From an uncultured Gammaproteobacteria bacterium (GTDB lineage: Bacteria > Patescibacteriota > Patescibacteriia > Patescibacteriales > UBA12465), in assembly GCA_964435515.1 (NCBI GenBank), contig CAYSZD010000006.1, positions 1 to 50,863 of the forward strand: 50,863 nucleotides of DNA, read 5' to 3'. The notes under the pieces are model-generated. The model did not search any database, was not told the DNA's origin, and saw nothing but the letters and a program-made list of their open reading frames with translations. Of the stretch, positions 45,429 through 50,863 are shown in pieces. The stretch's first letter is position 1. Each line of letters begins with the position of its first letter. The position numbers were made by a program, and so were the translations under genes.

Positions 45429-45433
45429 GGAGA

Positions 45434-45520
45434 GGAGAGGTGACTGAGTGGTTGAAAGTACCGCTCTCGAAAAGCGGCAAGGGTGAAAGCCCTTCGGGAG
45501 TTCGAATCTCCCCCTCTCCG
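45434..45520 (+). tRNA. tRNA-Ser(CGA)
   Basis: Acceptor stem GGAGAGG/CCTCTCC, G73, anticodon arm CCGCT-CTCGAAA-AGCGG, long variable arm AAGGG-TGAAA-GCCCTT. Confidence 0.96.
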
Positions 45521-45525
45521 CAGAT

Positions 45526-45554
45526 TGACAAAAGTATATTAAAATGATATATTT
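45526..45554 (+). promoter_or_regulatory. Promoter upstream of ORF 45667
   Basis: TTGACA-17 nt-TATATT with TG extended -10. Confidence 0.65.
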
Positions 45555-45666
45555 TTTTACATAGAACATTCAAAAATAAGGCTAAATTGGTTTAATTATT
45601 GAATTTATCTCTCTGTAGGTAGGTTTTATAATTAATCCAATTGTTTAACCTTTAAAATTAATAAGC

Positions 45667-46218
45667 ATGAAAACAAAAACAATAGAATTACAGAAACAGG
45701 AATTATTTGAATTGATGAAAAGTGAAAAACTCTCTATCTCAGATGTTATTTACCTTATTAAAGGTAAAAAAAGACAACTAATCAGCTCACCAGAGCTAAG
45801 TGATGAAATAATTTTAACAGTAGACTACAGTCAAAATCTTGAGCAAATGATTAAATACTGCAAGCTTGACCTATATGAATTTGAGGATTGTCCTTTCCCG
45901 GATGAATTAATTAATAAAGAGGTGGCAGTGTTTACAAAGCTATATAGTTTTGAAGAGATTTCAGTTGAAGATATTGTTAAAAAAATGAACAAGGATGGTT
46001 ATCGCCCGGCTAGAATAGAAGAATTGTTGGCTTTGTGTAAAAAATTTCCTAAACTACAATCTAACTTTCCAATAGCTGCTATCGGTTTTTGGAGTGATGC
46101 TCATATTTTTCGCCAAATGCCTGTTTTGACAATGCGCTCTAGTAAACGCGTACTTGAACTAGTTTACCTTTATGAATACTATGCTTCTGACTATCGTTTC
46201 TTGGCTGTGCGCAAATAG
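45667..46218 (+). CDS. Hypothetical protein; C-terminus resembles CLec/FGE-fold DGR variable proteins
   Basis: GYRPARIEELLAL and terminal ..DYRFLAVRK*. Confidence 0.75.
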   Translation: MKTKTIELQKQELFELMKSEKLSISDVIYLIKGKKRQLISSPELSDEIILTVDYSQNLEQMIKYCKLDLYEFEDCPFPDELINKEVAVFTKLYSFEEISVEDIVKKMNKDGYRPARIEELLALCKKFPKLQSNFPIAAIGFWSDAHIFRQMPVLTMRSSKRVLELVYLYEYYASDYRFLAVRK

Positions 46219-46499
46219 CTCCTTAAATCATTAGCTTATACTTTCTTTTGCTTTTTGATGCTCTTGAATCTAAAAAAACTTCAATCTCGTTTTATAAAAA
46301 TAGAACGAGATTTTTATTTAAAACCGTTGCAGCCACATTCCGCTTTCTCAGCATTTGACAAAAGCATGCTAATACAGTATGCTTTTTTGTTATATAAATA
46401 GTTCTTTTAAAATTTTTTATTTGCTTAATTACTAAGCATATCTATAATTAGTTGCATTTAGTAATTAATCAAATAAATATTCACCAAAAAAACTAAAAA

Positions 46500-46862
46500 A
46501 TGAAACAAAAAGAAAGTAAAATTTTTCTTACCGTTGCAATAACAGTACTTTCAATGTTATTTACAATATTCAGCGCAGTACCACTAGTTGGCCCTAGTCT
46601 TGGATCTTATGGCCTTGGAATGAATCTGTGCAGATACAAGCATTACGGCTTTGTTTTTATTCATGGCTTAATCGCAATTCTAGTTGGACAACTAATTTTC
46701 GCGATTATGAGCTCGTTAATTCTCAGGTATATACTTGAATTATATAAACCTGACAGAATTGGTGTATTTTGGTTGCTTATTACCCTGTGCTTAATATTAA
46801 ATTACATTTTTTCAATTGTTTTCTACGTTTTAGGAATCAAGAAAGCAAAAAGAAATAACTAA
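46500..46862 (+). CDS. Hypothetical 3-TM membrane protein
   Basis: 120-aa hydrophobic ORF with upstream promoter-like motifs (TTGACA-17-TATGCT at 46356; TTGCTT-16-TATAAT). Confidence 0.65.
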   Translation: MKQKESKIFLTVAITVLSMLFTIFSAVPLVGPSLGSYGLGMNLCRYKHYGFVFIHGLIAILVGQLIFAIMSSLILRYILELYKPDRIGVFWLLITLCLILNYIFSIVFYVLGIKKAKRNN

Positions 46863-47025
46863 GCCACAGGCCAGTCTATAAGAAGCTCTAAATAAGCTTC
46901 TTTTTTATTTATAATACAAATCAAATTGAATTAAAACATTTCTTGCTTTGTGGCAGTATGATATAATAATTAAATAACGCTTTTAAAAAAATTGATAATT
47001 ATTTAATTAAATAAATTAGAAATTT

Positions 47026-48441
47026 ATGAAAAAAATCATAACTATTTCAGTTATTGCTTTGTTTGTTATAGCTCTTGGAGCATTTTATTTTTTAAAGAAC
47101 CAAAATACAAAAGCAATAGAAGAACAGAGGGTGCTAGAGCAAACTCTAAAAATCTCTCAAGAGTACGCCTCTTTGCGCTATCAAAGCGACAATGTCTTGC
47201 TCAACGCTAAGGAATATGAAGGTTATGATGCCTGGAAAGAAGAAATGACGAATATTATTCAAGAATGGGGAGAATTAGAAAAAAATGCTGCTAAGTTAGA
47301 AAAGGAGGCGAATGAACTAAATTTAGAAAAAGTCTCTTTTCATTTTGTAAGTGAAGCTTTAGCCTATGACCTGCAAGAAGCCAATCAAATTATTAATAGT
47401 GCACCACAGTTTCAAAAAATTTCTACTCTAGCTAAATATTATGGTGTTGACGCCAAAATGGCCCAATTAATCCTTAATCAAACCGCAGATCAAATGTCCA
47501 GAGATGCATATGGCGGAGAAGGAGATGTCGCAGCTACTTATGAAAATAGTGCTGTTCGAATTAAAAATAGCGCCAAGGTAACAGTATTTGTAGGAACAAT
47601 AGTCGCTACTGGAGGAACTTCAGCACTAGCTGCCTCTGGAGCTCTGGCTCAAACAGCTGTAGTTGTTTCTGGGGCTGATTTAGCTCTTGAAATAACTGAG
47701 GATGAGGCTAGGATTTCCTTAGGTGATAAAAATAAAGTTTCTAGTATGGTAAGTAAGATAAGAACAGTAACGGAACCAGCGGCAGGAATTTTATCTATCG
47801 CTAGCATGCCAAATAATCTTTCCAAGGCAATAGATAAATTTAGCGTTGCCTATCTTGGAGCTGATCAAATTAGATCAGTTATTCAGGATAAAAAGATTTT
47901 AGGAATTAGTATTAAAATCGATGAAAAAGGCGAAACTAAAACAGAAATAGCCGGTCTAACTGAAGATGAGCTGCCCCAATGGCAAAAAGAAAATAACGCT
48001 CCTGATAGCACGGAAACTGTAGAAGAAATCATTAAACAATTCAATCAAGTTTCAGTAACACCAATTAAGGAAGAAAAAATCGAAGAAAAGAAGACTATTG
48101 AAAAAAATGAATTAATGGGAGTTAGAGAATTCAATCAGTTAAGCGATGATGAACAATTAAAAACAATGAAACAAGTCAGAGAATTTTTTGGTGAACCAGA
48201 TTTTACCACGGTTAATAAATTTGGCCGCACTGTATATATCTATCTTGACCGAATTCAGGATGGACTTAGGTCTGGTATTCGTTTTACCTTTTACACTTTA
48301 GATGATTATAAAAAAATAGCAGAATCAGCTTTCGGATGGAATGAAGATTATCAAAAAATTTGGAACGATTCAGAGGGAGGATTAACAGCAACAACAGAAG
48401 TTAAAAATAATGAATATTTTCAAGCCTTGTACGGTTTATAA
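47026..48441 (+). CDS. Exported/anchored hypothetical protein, 471 aa
   Basis: N-terminal K-K-hydrophobic anchor, coiled coil, Gly/Ala/Thr-rich hydrophobic segment, C-terminal VREFFGEPD domain. Confidence 0.85.
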   Translation: MKKIITISVIALFVIALGAFYFLKNQNTKAIEEQRVLEQTLKISQEYASLRYQSDNVLLNAKEYEGYDAWKEEMTNIIQEWGELEKNAAKLEKEANELNLEKVSFHFVSEALAYDLQEANQIINSAPQFQKISTLAKYYGVDAKMAQLILNQTADQMSRDAYGGEGDVAATYENSAVRIKNSAKVTVFVGTIVATGGTSALAASGALAQTAVVVSGADLALEITEDEARISLGDKNKVSSMVSKIRTVTEPAAGILSIASMPNNLSKAIDKFSVAYLGADQIRSVIQDKKILGISIKIDEKGETKTEIAGLTEDELPQWQKENNAPDSTETVEEIIKQFNQVSVTPIKEEKIEEKKTIEKNELMGVREFNQLSDDEQLKTMKQVREFFGEPDFTTVNKFGRTVYIYLDRIQDGLRSGIRFTFYTLDDYKKIAESAFGWNEDYQKIWNDSEGGLTATTEVKNNEYFQALYGL

Positions 48442-48498
48442 TATTTATAGCACTAATTATTTTGAATTTATAAGTATATATTTAATCTTAACAATACA

Positions 48499-48927
48499 AT
48501 GAATACAAATAATTGGTATAAAAAATTAATTAAACCTAGTTGGTCTCCGCCTTCTTGGCTTTTTGGTCCGGTATGGACAGTCCTCTACTTCGTTATTGCT
48601 TTTTCTTTTGGCACAATATTCTATAAAGCATTCACGGGAAATATTTCATGGATGATAGCAATACCTTTTATTATTAATCTGATTTTTAATTTTTCCTTTA
48701 GCCTCTTACAATTTGGTCTAAAAAATAATGTTTTAGCAGCAATTGATATTTTATTAGTTTTAGGAACTCTAATCTGGGCACTGTACACTATTTGGAACAT
48801 ATCCCCTGACCTCCATTGGATAGTCTATATAAATATTCCTTACTTACTCTGGGTTTCTTTTGCTAGCTTTTTACAATTAACAATCACCTATTTAAATAGA
48901 CAAATAGATACTAGTATGCAAGAATAA
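48499..48927 (+). CDS. tspO: TspO/MBR tryptophan-rich sensory protein
   Basis: WYKKLIKPSWSPPSWLFGPVWTVLY, N..FS..QFG, PYLLWVSFAS.L. Confidence 0.95.
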   Translation: MNTNNWYKKLIKPSWSPPSWLFGPVWTVLYFVIAFSFGTIFYKAFTGNISWMIAIPFIINLIFNFSFSLLQFGLKNNVLAAIDILLVLGTLIWALYTIWNISPDLHWIVYINIPYLLWVSFASFLQLTITYLNRQIDTSMQE

Positions 48928-49003
48928 AAAATTAAAAACATTCTTCGAATATACTAAACATGCTAGACTATAAATAACTGTATTAATTTAAATTTTTAAT
49001 TCT

Positions 49004-49786
49004 ATGAAAAGCAAACAAACATTAGTGCTTAAAATTGCTACACTTGTTTCGTATTTGGGTATGATAGCGGTTAATTTTTTAGCTAACGCTCTCCCCATTG
49101 CTGGCAGAAATACCGGTGAAGTATCAGACTCTTACCCTAATCTTTTTGCCCCAGCTGGTATCACTTTTTCCATTTGGGGAATTATCTATCTTCTGCTAGC
49201 CTCTTTCCTTGTCTTTTATTTAATTAAAAAAGATAACAATAATAGAAGTTTATGGGAAAAAGTATCCAAACTATTTATTCTCTCATCTTTAGCAAATATT
49301 GCTTGGATTTTTTGCTGGCACTATGGACTAATAGCTCTATCAGTTGTCTTAATGCTAGTTATTTTAATAAGTCTGATAGTAATCGCCGATGCGTTTAATA
49401 AAGAAAAGTTAAATATCAAAGAGCAGATTTTTCTCCGTCTCCCTTTTAGTGTTTATTTTGGCTGGATAACAGTGGCCACCATTGCTAATATAAGCGCTCT
49501 ATTAGTTAGCCTTTCTTGGAATGGCTGGGGAATTGCTCCAAGTAGCTGGATGATAGTTATTCTTCTTGTTGGGGCCTTCATTGGCATACTAAGGGCTTTA
49601 AAAGATAAGAACACCCCTTATCTTCTAGTCTTTATTTGGGCCTATTTTGGTATTTGGTTTAAACACACTTCAGTGACTGGATTTAATGGACAATATCCCA
49701 CTATAATTAACACTGTTCTATTTAGCATTCTTCTCTTCATTTTAACCGCTATATTTATTATCCTTAAACAGAAAAAGAAGAAATAA
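49004..49786 (+). CDS. TspO-like 8-TM membrane protein
   Basis: N.LAN.LP, S..YPNLFAPAG.TFSIWG.IY, N.AWIF.WH, PFSVYFGW.TVATIAN. Confidence 0.85.
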   Translation: MKSKQTLVLKIATLVSYLGMIAVNFLANALPIAGRNTGEVSDSYPNLFAPAGITFSIWGIIYLLLASFLVFYLIKKDNNNRSLWEKVSKLFILSSLANIAWIFCWHYGLIALSVVLMLVILISLIVIADAFNKEKLNIKEQIFLRLPFSVYFGWITVATIANISALLVSLSWNGWGIAPSSWMIVILLVGAFIGILRALKDKNTPYLLVFIWAYFGIWFKHTSVTGFNGQYPTIINTVLFSILLFILTAIFIILKQKKKK

Positions 49787-49806
49787 ATTACAAATCTTAA
49801 ACAAAC

Positions 49807-49834
49807 AAAAATCACTGCTTTGCAGTGATTTTTT
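49807..49834. terminator. Bidirectional terminator between the TspO-like gene and the peroxiredoxin
   Basis: AAAAATCACTGC-TTT-GCAGTGATTTTTT. Confidence 0.8.
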
Positions 49835-49860
49835 GATAAATATAATATTAGAAGATTCTA

Positions 49861-50385
49861 TTAAACCTTTCCCAACGTCTTGTCTCCTTCATGCCATTCA
49901 ATTGGACAAAGCTCACCGCTTTGAATTGCTTTTAACACTCTCAAGGTTTCAGTAACTGAACGACCCACTGAACCCGGAGAAACTACCACATACTGAATAT
50001 TAGACTCAGGATCAATGATAAACAGCCCCCTGTCAGCTGAACCATCCTTTTCATTTAAAACACCATAGCTTTTAGCTAGTGTTTGAGTAGTATCAGCTAA
50101 AATAGGATATTTTACCTCAGGTAAATCTCTTTCAAACCAAGCTTTATGTGACCATTCAGAGTCAGTAGAAACTGCTACAATGTCACAATTTAATGTTTTA
50201 AACTCTTCTTCATGCTTGGCAAATCCACGAATTTCTGTAGGACAAACAAAGGTAAAATCACGAGGATAAAAGAATAGTACTAACCAGCGGCCACTATAAT
50301 CTGCAAGGTTAATTTCTTTGAATTCTCCACCATGATATGCTTTTACTCCTTTAAAATCAGGAGCTGATTGATTTATGTTAAACAT
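49861..50385 (-). CDS. ahpC: 2-Cys peroxiredoxin (AhpC/TSA)
   Basis: FFYPRDFTFVCPTE (peroxidatic Cys), RGLFIIDP, GRS..E.LR, ELCP..W (resolving Cys). Confidence 0.93.
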   Translation of the reverse strand: MFNINQSAPDFKGVKAYHGGEFKEINLADYSGRWLVLFFYPRDFTFVCPTEIRGFAKHEEEFKTLNCDIVAVSTDSEWSHKAWFERDLPEVKYPILADTTQTLAKSYGVLNEKDGSADRGLFIIDPESNIQYVVVSPGSVGRSVTETLRVLKAIQSGELCPIEWHEGDKTLGKV

Positions 50386-50562
50386 ATATTTAAATAGTTA
50401 TTAATTACTAAGGAATATCAATTATACAAAAATATTACATTATCGTCAATTATTTGAGTATTTTACATAAATTAGCAATAGGCTGATTATAAGTCTTTAC
50501 AAGAAAAATTCTTTCTGCTACTATTTTTTTGTACCGCTACAAGCGGTATTATGTTAAATCTT

Positions 50563-50637
50563 GGACCGGTAGCTCAGTCTGGTTAGAGCGCTGCCCTGTC
50601 ACGGCAGAGGTCGCGGGTTCGAGCCCCGTCCGGTCCG
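50563..50637 (+). tRNA. tRNA-Asp(GTC)
   Basis: Acceptor stem GGACCGG/CCGGTCC, G73, anticodon arm CTGCC-CTGTCAC-GGCAG. Confidence 0.97.
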
Positions 50638-50730
50638 CACAATCTAAGAAATCGCCTTATTGGTGATTTTTTTGTAAAGAATAAAAGTAATTTGCTTTTT
50701 TTCTTAAAATGTATAAAAATAAAGAAATCA

Positions 50731-50817
50731 GGAGAGGTGCCAGAGTGGTCTAATGGAACAGTCTTGAAAACTGTCGCTGGTGAAAGCCGGCCCAGGGTTC
50801 GAATCCCTGCCTCTCCG
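50731..50817 (+). tRNA. tRNA-Ser(TGA)
   Basis: Acceptor stem GGAGAGG/CCTCTCC, G73, anticodon arm ACAGT-CTTGAAA-ACTGT, long variable arm CTGG-TGAAA-GCCGG. Confidence 0.96.
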
Positions 50818-50863
50818 CAACATCGTGCTAGCACGAGGTACTTGAAAATAGAGCTTTTTTTGA

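Noticed and set aside
45434-50817. Integrative element or prophage bounded by two tRNA-Ser genes sharing CCTCTCCGCA
   Set aside because: Both are complete tRNAs with different anticodons, so the shared sequence is just the acceptor stem; there is no integrase, partial att copy or phage gene.
50583-50834. Minus-strand 83-aa ORF
   Set aside because: Antisense to tRNA-Asp and tRNA-Ser; a typical tRNA shadow translation.
1-50863. CRISPR array, IS/transposase, integron cassettes, or genetic code 25
   Set aside because: No regularly spaced 23-50-bp repeats, cas, transposase or integrase genes, or attC-like sites; intergenic palindromes are non-identical terminators; TGA ends genes (16843, 44721) and conserved ORFs are intact under code 11.

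Overview
AT-rich bacterial chromosomal window using the standard genetic code (TGA is a stop). Gene content and style point to a Candidate Phyla Radiation / Patescibacteria genome of the Parcubacteria-ABY1 type; this is inferred from the divergent 16S 3' helix, alpha2-type GlyRS, tandem PilB-like ATPase, translin-like and Trm11-like genes, and mostly SD-less A-rich start regions. The window opens with the 3' end of a 16S rRNA gene that terminates without a following 23S. Most of the rest is housekeeping: trpS, pheST, valS, glyS, argS, tyrS, der, pth, topA, tsaD, ychF, rpsF-ssb-rpsR-efp, nine tRNAs (one is Ile with a UAU anticodon), envelope and pilus genes, a patatin-GT4-PLD lipid operon, a UvrA lacking its UvrB-binding domain, and a small accessory block at 45.6-50.4 kb. 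No CRISPR array, integrase, transposase or prophage is visible. The best leads are mostly outside the ORF track: (1) an unexplained ~300-nt structured RNA with its own promoter and terminator and RNase-P-like motifs at 37.9-38.26 kb; (2) two independently promoted rod-shaped antisense-strand RNAs at 6.2 kb and 19.7-19.85 kb that share a closing-stem motif, one of which contains a 19-aa hydrophobic sORF; (3) a TRAX/translin-type nuclease coupled to a metallophosphoesterase; (4) a DGR-target-like gene; (5) a 53-aa histone-H1-like gene missed by the ORF track. All RNA folds were done by eye and need computational confirmation.
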